DNA from: an uncultured Methanoregula sp. | GTDB taxonomy: Archaea > Halobacteriota > Methanomicrobia > Methanomicrobiales > Methanospirillaceae | Assembly (NCBI GenBank): GCA_964574125.1 | Contig: CAZNLI010000005.1 | Coordinates: 431-64,430 of the forward strand | Length of the DNA stretch: 64,000 bases | Direction: 5' to 3' | Part shown: positions 1 to 8,366 of the stretch, piece by piece | How positions within the stretch are numbered: the stretch's first letter is position 1 | Layout: every line of letters starts with the position of its first letter | Position numbers and translations under genes: made by a program | The notes under the pieces: generated by a model | The model's database searches: none | Told to the model about the DNA's origin: nothing | Seen by the model: the letters and a program-made list of their open reading frames with translations, nothing else

Positions 1-1045
1 CTACTAAAATCAGAGCGCCTGCTCCGATCGGGGCAGCATACTGGAGCGGGATCTGCCGGGTCGGTTGCTGGACCGGCACGGTTGTGTCGGCGGGTGCCTG
101 AAGGGTTGAACCCCGTGTATCAGCGACCCGGAACGGGATCACGGTATAGGTGTCCACCGTATAGTCGCGAGGCGCTTCGTTCTCATTGAATGCAGCGACA
201 AGTGCCTCTGCCGCATCGTTCCCCTGCAGGCTTCCCGGACCGGTGACCTTAAAGAGGTTCGTACCGTTGTTGAGGTTTACGTCGCGGACATAATCTCCGC
301 TGACAGCGATGTCGAACTGGTTGTTCTGCATCGGATGCTGCACGAAGAGATAGTTCTGTCCTGCCGGGAGTTTACCCGACATTACCGCATCGGCGGTAAA
401 AGTGAATAATGCATCGGAATTTACCGGTGTTTTTATTGTGGATACATAGGTATCGCCGATAATCCAGATCTGGACCTCCGGAGGATTTCCTTCCGTAGTC
501 CCGGTGATCGTGAAGGGTTGCCCTTGTACGACCGAAAAAGACGAGATATTGGTGAAAATGAAGGGTTTTTTGACGATTATACTGGTTGTGCCATAGGGGA
601 TGTCCGCCAGCTGGTCTTTCGCTTTCGGCTGGCTTGCTGCATAGATGGTGTACGACCCGGCATCCAGCATGAGACCGGAAGTGTACCAGTGATAGTCCCA
701 CGTGGTATCCGGTTTTGTTTTTACGACGGTGAATGAACCGGGATCTCCCCCGGTCGCATTCCGGGACGGTGAGGCAAGGTTTCCGCCATTCTCCGGGAGG
801 TTGGGTCCGGTCATGAACAGGTACGTGGAATCCGAATCAGTGTTCACACCGGAAAAAAATGCTTCCTCCCCCAGGTAATACGATCCATCCCCGCGCGCGA
901 TGATCGTAACTACCGGTTTGCCGCCGGGATCCCCGGCCGGATTTGCCGATACGGGGGATACCAGAAGTACCGCTGCGCCTGCTGTGATAATCAGCAGGAC
1001 AATTTTCCAGAATCCGGACGGATTGTTGCTGACTGATTGAGGCAT
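1..1045 (-). CDS. secreted/cell-surface protein, 3'-partial (runs off window start)
   Basis: The minus-strand frame is open from ATG 1045 to position 1; it is absent from the ORF track because there is no stop in the window. N-terminal signal/anchor WKIVLLIITAGAAVLLVSPVSA. Contains 'FTITGTTEGNPPEVQIW', related to the xGTTxLPxG domain family at 4.3-13.5 kb. A conserved TATA-to-ATG cassette lies directly upstream. Confidence 0.7.
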   Translation of the reverse strand, partial: MPQSVSNNPSGFWKIVLLIITAGAAVLLVSPVSANPAGDPGGKPVVTIIARGDGSYYLGEEAFFSGVNTDSDSTYLFMTGPNLPENGGNLASPSRNATGGDPGSFTVVKTKPDTTWDYHWYTSGLMLDAGSYTIYAASQPKAKDQLADIPYGTTSIIVKKPFIFTNISSFSVVQGQPFTITGTTEGNPPEVQIWIIGDTYVSTIKTPVNSDALFTFTADAVMSGKLPAGQNYLFVQHPMQNNQFDIAVSGDYVRDVNLNNGTNLFKVTGPGSLQGNDAAEALVAAFNENEAPRDYTVDTYTVIPFRVADTRGSTLQAPADTTVPVQQPTRQIPLQYAAPIGAGALILV

Positions 1046-1075
1046 ACGTAAACATAAGGATATTTACAATATAAA
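1046..1075 (-). promoter_or_regulatory. TATA-box promoter cassette, copy A of 3 (predicts leaderless mRNA)
   Basis: Coding sense TTTATATTGTAAATATCCTTATGTTTACGT followed by ATG 1045. The first T of the TATA block is exactly 30 nt before the ATG. Near-identical copies with the same spacing are at 3924-3895 and 5998-6027. Confidence 0.6.
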
Positions 1076-1204
1076 AATATTCTTCCCCCCTTCCTTCCAT
1101 TTACCCCTTGACAGAGACCGTCGGTTCGCAGGTATTTGCCGGCATCATTGTAACGGGGACTGTCTGGTTGGGGGGAGATACGGAATAACTTATGCGGGCT
1201 CCGT

Positions 1205-2317
1205 TCAGGAGGATTGGGGCATTTGCCCGGTCTTTGCAGAAATGTAAAGATCCAGCGCAGCGATCCCCCCGACTGTTGCCACGACAAATGCAACGCTGAA
1301 CAGTGCGAGATCATAGAGAAGTCCAAGAGCAATCCACGTGTCAGTGGGACGGTAGTAGGTCGCGAGTGGTGTGACCATCCCGTGTGCTGCCTGGATGAGC
1401 AGGTGCATAAGGAACACACCCGATACGATAACTCCCAGGAAGACCGCGCAGGCAGCCACAGCAGGCCATATCTTTTTCGTCATGGCAAATGATTCCGCAA
1501 CCGCCTTCTTAAGGGTCTTATGCCCGAGAACAATGAGGGGCACGACAAACGGGGTCATGGCGAAAAGGAGCAGGTTGACCGCCGAAAAGATCAGGGCCTC
1601 CCTGAACCCGGGATAGAGCCATAACAGAACCGATCGTCCTCTATAGCCCGGAATCTCGGTAAAGATGTCATAGGGCGGAAGGCGACTCAGGTTGAAGGGG
1701 AACTGGCTGAGCGTGTTGAAAAGGAAAGAATCGAGATGCCCGAAGCCGTTGTGATAAAGGAATAATAACTCAGGTGTTGGTAACCTGGCAGGAACATACG
1801 AGAAAATTATGACGAGCAGCGAACCTGCGAGTGCAAGGACAAAAGACCACTCAAAGATTGTTTTCAGGTATTTTTTTGCCCCTGCAAGCCCTTCAAAGAA
1901 CGAGGCAGGGCCTTCTTTTTTCGACGGAATGCTCAGAACAAGGCCTGCGAGTAAGAACACCATGCAGAACAGTGTTGCGAACTCGATGAAAAACCGCCAG
2001 GTGATACTGTCAAGTGGCATACGCAGGTTCCATTCGATATAGTAGAATGCCGCCTGGCCGATGGTGTTTCCCGCCAGCACAATCCCGGCAAAAAGCGTAA
2101 ACCAGAGGAGCTGCCGGTTCCGGTTCAGGGTTCTCATCCCTGAGAGGACCGATCCGATTCCCCGGCGAATAGATCCCAATCCCCCGCCACCACCTTCAGG
2201 CTGCCCTTCGCTGGCAGGTTCCATTGGGAAACCGAACCCCGTCTGGAGGGCATGTACCGTCGGTGGTTTCCGGCACAACCCCAGCCATGAATCGGCGATT
2301 CCGGAGATGAGGCGCAT
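1205..2317 (-). CDS. polytopic membrane protein, tandem paralog 2 (unknown function)
   Basis: 370-aa ORF with multiple hydrophobic helices. Clearly paralogous to the adjacent 2318..3448 product, with a shared N-terminus GLCR(K/R)PP..(L/M)QTG...RRGIGSVLSGMRTLNRNRQLLWFTL. Its start abuts the upstream stop with zero gap. Confidence 0.8.
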   Translation of the reverse strand: MRLISGIADSWLGLCRKPPTVHALQTGFGFPMEPASEGQPEGGGGGLGSIRRGIGSVLSGMRTLNRNRQLLWFTLFAGIVLAGNTIGQAAFYYIEWNLRMPLDSITWRFFIEFATLFCMVFLLAGLVLSIPSKKEGPASFFEGLAGAKKYLKTIFEWSFVLALAGSLLVIIFSYVPARLPTPELLFLYHNGFGHLDSFLFNTLSQFPFNLSRLPPYDIFTEIPGYRGRSVLLWLYPGFREALIFSAVNLLLFAMTPFVVPLIVLGHKTLKKAVAESFAMTKKIWPAVAACAVFLGVIVSGVFLMHLLIQAAHGMVTPLATYYRPTDTWIALGLLYDLALFSVAFVVATVGGIAALDLYISAKTGQMPQSS

Positions 2318-3448
2318 TTAGATCACCACTCCCGCTGGCTCCGTGGATTCAACGGCGACCTGCCTGCTTTTTGCAGAGGTGTAGAGGTCCAGCATAGCGA
2401 TTCCTGCGACTGTTGCCACGACGAATGCAATGGTTATAAGTGCGAGATTATAGATGAGGGCAAGAGTAATCCACGTGACCGGGGGAGGGAAGGTGACAGT
2501 ATTGAATGGCGATACTATCCCGGATGCTGCCTGGACGAGTTGGTATGTAAGGAACGCACAAAATACGATAACCCCGAGGAAAACGGCGCACGCAACTACC
2601 TCATCCCAGGTCTTTTTCATCAGGTTAAACGATCCAGCGACAGCCTCCCGGAGGGTCTTTTTTTCGAGGACGATAAAGGGCACGACAAACGGCGTCAGGA
2701 TGAACAGGAGCAGATTGACCTCTGAAAAGATCAGGGCCTGCATGATCCCGGAGGGATATACCCAGAATGCCAGCGGGATTCCCCCAACGCGTGAGGGGTC
2801 GAAAAAGGTATATGGCGTGAGCGTCGGGTTGAAGGGGAACTCCATAAGCGGGTTGAGGATGGTGCCAAAGAGGGTTCCAAGGATCTGGAGGAAGGGGTGG
2901 TCAGGCGGCAGCCAGTCGGGAGAATAAAAGTAAATGCTAAAAATCAGCATACCTGTGAGCGCGAGGATTCCAGACCACGCAACGATTGTTTTGGTGTATT
3001 TTTTTGCCCCGCAAAGTCCTTCAAAGAACAACGCAGGACCGTCTTTCTTTGACGAGATGGAGTGGACAATGCCCGCGAGAAGGAACACGAGAAGGAACAG
3101 GGTAAAAAACTCGATTATAAAGTTCAGGACAAGCCATTCGGCTTCACTGGAGAGCAGGGTCCAGGTGATGTAGCCGAGCGCCCCCTGGCCAATGGCGTTT
3201 CCTGCCAGCACCAGCCCGGCAAGGAGCGTAAACCAGAGGAGCTGCCGGTTCCGGTTCAGGGTTCTCATCCCTGAGAGGACAGATCCGATTCCCCGGCGAC
3301 CAGATCCCGATCCGCCGCTACTTCTGTCAGGCTGCCCTGCGCAGGCAGGTTCCGACAGGAAATAGATGCCTGTCTGCATAGTACTGACCATCGGGGGTCT
3401 CCGGCACAGGCCGAACCCGTGCCCGGCAAGTTCCGGTGTCCGGGTCAT
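2318..3448 (-). CDS. polytopic membrane protein, tandem paralog 1 (unknown function)
   Basis: 376-aa ORF, paralog of 1205..2317. 4-nt ATGA-type overlap with the upstream regulator gene (3445..3448). Confidence 0.8.
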   Translation of the reverse strand: MTRTPELAGHGFGLCRRPPMVSTMQTGIYFLSEPACAGQPDRSSGGSGSGRRGIGSVLSGMRTLNRNRQLLWFTLLAGLVLAGNAIGQGALGYITWTLLSSEAEWLVLNFIIEFFTLFLLVFLLAGIVHSISSKKDGPALFFEGLCGAKKYTKTIVAWSGILALTGMLIFSIYFYSPDWLPPDHPFLQILGTLFGTILNPLMEFPFNPTLTPYTFFDPSRVGGIPLAFWVYPSGIMQALIFSEVNLLLFILTPFVVPFIVLEKKTLREAVAGSFNLMKKTWDEVVACAVFLGVIVFCAFLTYQLVQAASGIVSPFNTVTFPPPVTWITLALIYNLALITIAFVVATVAGIAMLDLYTSAKSRQVAVESTEPAGVVI

Positions 3449-3912
3449 CCCCGGGTCTCCCGGATCTTTGCGAGCAGTTCTTCTGCCATCTTCGTCGGGT
3501 CCTGGGTCTTTTCGAGTTTTATCCCGAGCTCAGCAGCAAAGTCCCAGATAAACTCGATGCATTTTGTGAACTCGTTGCAGGAGATGCAATCGCCGTCATG
3601 CTCGTACCAGACCTGCATGCCATGCTTTTCCGAGACAAAGATATAAGCATTGGTCTGGAACGGGATGGACCTCCCGAACAGGATCCCTTTCTCTACATCG
3701 ACCTTTTCGATCCGGATGCGGTTGGCTTTCGCCATCTCCCGGAGCGAAGCTTCGATCTTCTCATCCATTATGAGGAGTGCCTGTGAGACCCCCTGCCTCG
3801 TTATCCCGATAAGGTTTGCGATGGAGATATTGGACATCCCGCTGCGTCGCATCTTCCAGAACGCGAATTGTTTATCGTTGACCGGCAGGAACATGCGTAA
3901 ACATTTGGGCAT
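3445..3912 (-). CDS. Tfx-like / sigma-70 region-4-like HTH DNA-binding protein
   Basis: N-terminal 'FLPVNDKQFAFWKMRRSGMSNISIANLIGITRQGVSQALLIMDEKIEASL' has the Tfx/LuxR-type HTH layout. The longest ORF starts at 3912, but that ATG lies inside the TATA cassette. The probable true start is ATG 3894 (M7, 'MFLPVN..'), 30 nt from the TATA block. Confidence 0.75.
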   Translation of the reverse strand: MPKCLRMFLPVNDKQFAFWKMRRSGMSNISIANLIGITRQGVSQALLIMDEKIEASLREMAKANRIRIEKVDVEKGILFGRSIPFQTNAYIFVSEKHGMQVWYEHDGDCISCNEFTKCIEFIWDFAAELGIKLEKTQDPTKMAEELLAKIRETRG

Positions 3913-3924
3913 TTACAATATAAA
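3895..3924 (-). promoter_or_regulatory. TATA-box promoter cassette, copy B of 3
   Basis: Coding sense TTTATATTGTAAATGCCCAAATGTTTACGC followed by ATG 3894. Same 14-nt TATA block, same 30-nt spacing and same ATGTTTACG block as copy A. Confidence 0.6.
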
Positions 3925-4293
3925 TGTTTATCAATCCGCCCGCCCGGACCTATAAGAGACGGTGCTGAGCGGGGTGCCACAGGTCCGGGCGGATTATTCA
4001 TTTTTTGGAAGAGGTTCCGGTTATCAGGTTTGTGGAATGAAAAGCCAAAATTCCCGGATCCGGTGTCAGCGGCAGCCGGGATCCGCCAGTCATTCTACCA
4101 GACACCCGGTTATGACACGGGCTGGCTGCTCCGGATACTGGTACAGCAGCCCGCGGACGGGGCGGGTCAATGGAGAGTGTGGGGAGGTAGCCGCCGTTGA
4201 TCCAAAGGATTATGATCCGGTCTGTGAAGCGGATCCTGCACGGGCCCGGCAGAGCGGAGCGGTTGTTGCTCCATGTTCATGCACACAAATTTT

Positions 4294-4349
4294 TGCATAA
4301 TGCCAAAAAGTTTATGCATAATGCACAAAAAACATTACATTGTTGGAGT
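4294..4349 (+). promoter_or_regulatory. conserved upstream leader/promoter element shared with 12229-12259
   Basis: TAATGCACAAAAAACATTAC (4319-4338) ends 11 nt before ATG 4350. A 19/20 identical copy (12229-12248) has the same spacing to ATG 12260. A partial direct repeat TGCATAATGCCAAAAAG lies at 4294-4310. Confidence 0.55.
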
Positions 4350-5192
4350 ATGAAAAACCGACAACTCATCCTTGGCATCATCATCACCATCGGAATTATT
4401 GCCGTCGCGATCTGCGTCGGCATGGTCGCCGGATCATCGACGGTAAAACCGTTCATCTCCGTTGACCCGGTCAGCAATAAGAACATCGGCGACAGGTTCG
4501 ACGTCACCGGCACGACAAATCTCCCGGCCGGCACCGAACTGCTGTTCGAGGTCTACCCAGCGTCCTTCAATCCACAGACAACGGATCCCGGGACTGGTAC
4601 GCAGAGCGGGGTGTTTACTGGTGCGACAGGGGTCATGAAAGTCACCGGCGGTACGGCGGGTTTCAACACGTGGGCCTTCGACCTGAACACATCGACATTT
4701 GGTCCCATGGAATATTTCGTGAACGTATCGCAGGTTACCGGTGACCCGGCGAAAGGGGATTTCAGGACCGGCCCGGCATACGGGACTGCCATCTTTAACG
4801 TAATGGCACCGTCCAGACCAGAGAAGCCCGCGACGCCATTATCCCCTGCGGCCGTCACCTTCAAGCCCATCGGCGACAGGAAGGCCGGCGGGAATTTCAC
4901 CATCGCCGGGATCACCAGCCTCCCCGCGGGCACGAACCTGTTCTGGGAGATCCTCCCGGATCCGGGAACCCCGCCGACCGGTGTTGACCTGAAGGCCGAT
5001 ACCGGCATCATGGCGAACAACCAGGTCATGCAGGGCGATGCAAGGTCGAACCGGATCTCCCTTGACGTTGACATGAAGGACTTCAGGAAAGGGAAGTATG
5101 TCGTGATCGTTGCCTCGTTAAGCGGCGACCCGTCAACCGTGGATCCCGCAACAGGGACGCTCGCGGGATACACGTACTTCACCCTGAACTAG
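4350..5192 (+). CDS. secreted two-domain surface protein (xGTTxLPxG domain family)
   Basis: Start chosen at MKNRQLILGIIITIGIIAV (signal/anchor) within track ORF 4197..5192. Two copies of the domain: 'DRFDVTGTTNLPAGTELLFEVYP' and 'GNFTIAGITSLPAGTNLFWEILP'. The C-terminal ~110 aa are very similar to the next gene. Confidence 0.8.
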   Translation: MKNRQLILGIIITIGIIAVAICVGMVAGSSTVKPFISVDPVSNKNIGDRFDVTGTTNLPAGTELLFEVYPASFNPQTTDPGTGTQSGVFTGATGVMKVTGGTAGFNTWAFDLNTSTFGPMEYFVNVSQVTGDPAKGDFRTGPAYGTAIFNVMAPSRPEKPATPLSPAAVTFKPIGDRKAGGNFTIAGITSLPAGTNLFWEILPDPGTPPTGVDLKADTGIMANNQVMQGDARSNRISLDVDMKDFRKGKYVVIVASLSGDPSTVDPATGTLAGYTYFTLN

Positions 5193-5384
5193 GATACCAT
5201 GCACGCGAGGAGAAGACACCCGCTGTTTTTTTCCGGCAGGAGGACTGGACAACAGGCATCCCGGCGACGGCCAAAACCCCTGCCGGAACAGGGGCCACTC
5301 GTTGCCAGTATCCGGAAAAAAATACACCGACTGCTGCATTCCTTACGGGAGCAGGAACATCCAGACCATCGTGAGGAGGAGAAC

Positions 5385-5966
5385 ATGAACCATCACCAGA
5401 AACTCGGTCCCATCCTTATCTGTGTCGTGATACTCATCGCCATCGCGACCTTCTTAATTGCCGGTTGTATGGGGCCGGCCCCGGACCAGCAGGGGCAGAA
5501 AACAATGATCGATAACGAGAAAGGCGGGCAGCCTGCCGCTGCCGAATCCATGACAAAGGCAACACCGGTACCGTCACCGGCGACAACGGGGCGGTCCGCT
5601 TCGTCGCCGGCCCCGTCTGCAACGACCATCGCATTCGACCCGGTCTCCAATAAGAAAACAGGAGCACGGTTCACTGTCAGCGGGACTACCGGCCTTCCGG
5701 AGGGCACCGGGCTGTTCTGGCAGGTCATGCCGGACACGGGAAGACCTCCGGCAGGAGTTGATATGAACGCACAGATAGGGATTATGGCAAACAACCGGGT
5801 GACCAAGGGCACCGGCACGTTGAACCGCGTCTCGCTGGATGTCGACACAAAGGACTTTGCTCCGGGGAAGTACGTCGTCATCGTAGTCTCCTTACCCGGT
5901 GATTCAGGGACGGCGGATCCGACGACCGGGACACTGGCAGGGTCCACGTACTTTACCCTTGTTTAG
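5385..5966 (+). CDS. secreted surface protein / putative lipoprotein (xGTTxLPxG domain family)
   Basis: Start at MNHHQKLGPILICVVILIAIATFLIAGC (lipobox-like), preceded by GGAGGAG. 'ARFTVSGTTGLPEGTGLFWQVMP' and the C-terminal region are paralogous to 4350..5192. Confidence 0.8.
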   Translation: MNHHQKLGPILICVVILIAIATFLIAGCMGPAPDQQGQKTMIDNEKGGQPAAAESMTKATPVPSPATTGRSASSPAPSATTIAFDPVSNKKTGARFTVSGTTGLPEGTGLFWQVMPDTGRPPAGVDMNAQIGIMANNRVTKGTGTLNRVSLDVDTKDFAPGKYVVIVVSLPGDSGTADPTTGTLAGSTYFTLV

Positions 5967-5997
5967 GGAGGAATGCATGGACCGACAGGGAGGATAT

Positions 5998-6027
5998 TTT
6001 ATATTGTAAATATCAATATATTTACAT
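5998..6027 (+). promoter_or_regulatory. TATA-box promoter cassette, copy C of 3
   Basis: TTTATATTGTAAATATCAATATATTTACAT followed by ATG 6028. Identical 14-nt TATA block and 30-nt spacing as copies A and B. Confidence 0.6.
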
Positions 6028-6264
6028 ATGTCAAAGCCAGTCAAGAACAGACCGTTCAGGTGCTGGGCACGTATCCTGCTCTTTATCGCAGCAGGTACTG
6101 CAGCATTCCTGGTAAACGGAAAGACACCATTTTCCGGAGAGCCGGTTGGCCGGCAAAGATCTCCCGGACCGATAAGGGGACCTTCCCGGCCACAGGGCAA
6201 TGACCGCCCCGCTCCTCCGGAACACGTCAGGAAAACAATGGAGAACCAGCATGATTCAGTTTGA
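6028..6264 (+). CDS. small single-TM protein (hypothetical, possibly leaderless)
   Basis: 78-aa ORF whose ATG sits at exactly the position occupied by gene starts in cassettes A and B. Basic N-terminus plus a TM helix (ARILLFIAAGTAAFLV). Its 3' end overlaps the ABC ATPase start in another frame. No homology recognised. Confidence 0.35.
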   Translation: MSKPVKNRPFRCWARILLFIAAGTAAFLVNGKTPFSGEPVGRQRSPGPIRGPSRPQGNDRPAPPEHVRKTMENQHDSV

Positions 6265-7183
6265 CCACATAACGAAAGAGTACGGCGGAGTCCCGGCGGT
6301 TGACGATCTCAATGCAGAGATCCCCTCCGGTGAAATCTTCGGGCTCCTTGGCCCCAACGGGGCCGGGAAGAGCACGACCATCCTGATGCTGACCGGCCTT
6401 ATCGAACCGTCGGCAGGGTGCTGCCGTATCAACGGGACCGAAGTCGCGACAAATCCAATTGCCGTCAAGCGGCATATCGGCTACATGCCCGAGGATGTCG
6501 GCTTCTACCCCCTGCTGACTGCGGAAGAGAACCTGGACTATTTTGCACGGCTGTTCCGGATGGATGCCCGCACGTACAACAGGCGTATCCCCGACCTGCT
6601 CTCCCTCGTTGGTCTCGACGGGGTGACAAAGAAGGTAGGCGGCTATTCCAAGGGGATGCGGCAGCGGCTCGGGCTTGCCAATGCCCTGCTGAACGATCCT
6701 GCAGTCATCATACTCGACGAGCCGACGGCAAACCTCGACCCGCAGGGCGTTGCCGACTACCGCAGGATCATCTCCGGCGTTGCGCAGGAAGGAAAGACCG
6801 TCTTTGTCTCATCCCACATCCTTTCTGAAGTCAGCCGGGTCTGCACCTCCATCGGGCTCCTCTCAAAAGGCCGGCTGATTGCCCAGGGACGGTGGGAAGA
6901 CTTAAGCCGGCAGCTGCAGGCAGGCGGGAGCTCCCGGGTGACGATCGTTATCGAGGCGCGGGACCCGATACCGGAATTAACCCACCCGGATCTCGTCTCT
7001 GCCACATATTCGGATGACCGCAGGAACGCGACCCTTCTCGCCCGCAGCGACATAAGCAACGCAGTTATCGACACCTGTACAAGGGTCGGTGTCCGGTTGC
7101 ACGGGATCCGGAAGGAAGGAGTATCGCTCGAGGACCTGTTCCTTTCGTATTACCAGGCGGGGGGAGTGCCGGACCATGCCTGA
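6251..7183 (+). CDS. ABC transporter ATP-binding protein (ABC-2 exporter type)
   Basis: Walker A GPNGAGKST, signature YSKGMRQRL, Walker B IILDEPT, H-loop SSH. Start taken at MIQFDHITKEYGG (ATG 6251). Confidence 0.9.
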   Translation: MIQFDHITKEYGGVPAVDDLNAEIPSGEIFGLLGPNGAGKSTTILMLTGLIEPSAGCCRINGTEVATNPIAVKRHIGYMPEDVGFYPLLTAEENLDYFARLFRMDARTYNRRIPDLLSLVGLDGVTKKVGGYSKGMRQRLGLANALLNDPAVIILDEPTANLDPQGVADYRRIISGVAQEGKTVFVSSHILSEVSRVCTSIGLLSKGRLIAQGRWEDLSRQLQAGGSSRVTIVIEARDPIPELTHPDLVSATYSDDRRNATLLARSDISNAVIDTCTRVGVRLHGIRKEGVSLEDLFLSYYQAGGVPDHA

Positions 7184-8354
7184 TCCGGGTGTCGTTACCA
7201 TCGCCCGCAAGGAATTCTTCGACCATATCCGGAGCCACAGGTTCCTGATCCTTCTCGGGATCCTGCTCCTTGTGGTATCCATGGGAGTGCTCAGCGGGAC
7301 CGCGGATTACCATGCGAAAGTGAAGCAGTACGACAGCATACAGAAGAGCGTATCTTCCTCGCCCGGCGGCGAATCGTCGCTCCCTGCTTACCTTGAGTAC
7401 ATGTTCGTAAAACCCTCCGTGCTCCTGGTCTTTTACAAAATGAGCCTGCTCTTTGTCATGATAGGAGGGATCCTCGGGATTGCCATGGGCTTCGATCTCG
7501 TCACGCGGGAGAAGGAGAGCAAGTCCCTGAAGATCCTGCTGGCACATCCGGTGTACCGGGACGAGGTGATCAACGGCAAGGCCCTCGGGGGAATCGCTGC
7601 TATCGCCCTCGCCCTCATCATCGTCCTTGTGCTGGCGTTCGGTATTCTGCTCATCGCCGGTATCGTACCAGAAGGATCAGAATTCCTCTTTATTTCCCTG
7701 TTTGCCCTGGCTACCTTCCTCTATATCTCCACCTGCTTTGCCATCTCCCTCCTCATGTCAACCATATGCGAGGAAAGCGGGAAGGCACTGATCTATTCCC
7801 TCGTCCTCTTCATCATTTTAACTTCCCTGGTTCCCACGGTCGTAAGCACTCCTCTTGCCATGAAGACGATCATCGGCCCGCAACCGGAGATGCCCCAGGT
7901 CCTTGCCGACCAGATACTGGCGTCAGTGCCGGGCAGCGGGAGCGATGCCTCGGGATCAGCTGCACAGGCAGATGCCCCGGCAACAGATCCGAACCAGGAT
8001 CTCTGGGACCGGTATAACGAGCAGACAAGGGAATACGGGGACCGGCAGATGAGGCTGCGTGACATCCAGTATCTCTTCTCGCCGGCCAAGAACTACGAGA
8101 AGATCACGACATGCTTAACCAGCCCGGATATGATCCGCTACATGCTTTATTTCACCATGATCGAGAGCCCGCTCCAGAAAACCGATGCACAGGGGCAGGA
8201 GTTATCGGCTACCATCGCGTACATGCCGGATCTCAGCTTCGATGAATCCGGTCTCCTCTCGCTGATCGCCGGAAATCTCATCGCGCTCCTTGTCCTGCCC
8301 TCCGTCTTCTTCGGGCTCGCATATGTCCGGTTCATGAGAATGGATATCCGGTAA
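7176..8354 (+). CDS. ABC-2 family permease (NosY/COG1277-like), paralog 1
   Basis: N-terminus 'VVTIARKEFFDHIRSHRF' is typical of ABC-2 permeases. Multiple TM helices. 8-nt overlap with the ATPase gene. Paralogous to 8465..9610. Confidence 0.85.
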   Translation: MPDPGVVTIARKEFFDHIRSHRFLILLGILLLVVSMGVLSGTADYHAKVKQYDSIQKSVSSSPGGESSLPAYLEYMFVKPSVLLVFYKMSLLFVMIGGILGIAMGFDLVTREKESKSLKILLAHPVYRDEVINGKALGGIAAIALALIIVLVLAFGILLIAGIVPEGSEFLFISLFALATFLYISTCFAISLLMSTICEESGKALIYSLVLFIILTSLVPTVVSTPLAMKTIIGPQPEMPQVLADQILASVPGSGSDASGSAAQADAPATDPNQDLWDRYNEQTREYGDRQMRLRDIQYLFSPAKNYEKITTCLTSPDMIRYMLYFTMIESPLQKTDAQGQELSATIAYMPDLSFDESGLLSLIAGNLIALLVLPSVFFGLAYVRFMRMDIR

Positions 8355-8366
8355 GGAGGAATACCG

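Noticed and set aside
4197-4349. N-terminal extensions of track ORFs, for example 4197 for the 4350 gene, 5199 for the 5385 gene, 18795 for Lon, 34700 for nreA, 54327 for the Fe-S protein and 32254 for pspC
   Set aside because: The extensions are Arg/Pro/His-rich. They overlap promoters, neighbouring genes or the tRNA. They precede internal Met codons that give proper signal peptides, family-typical N-termini or RBS spacing.
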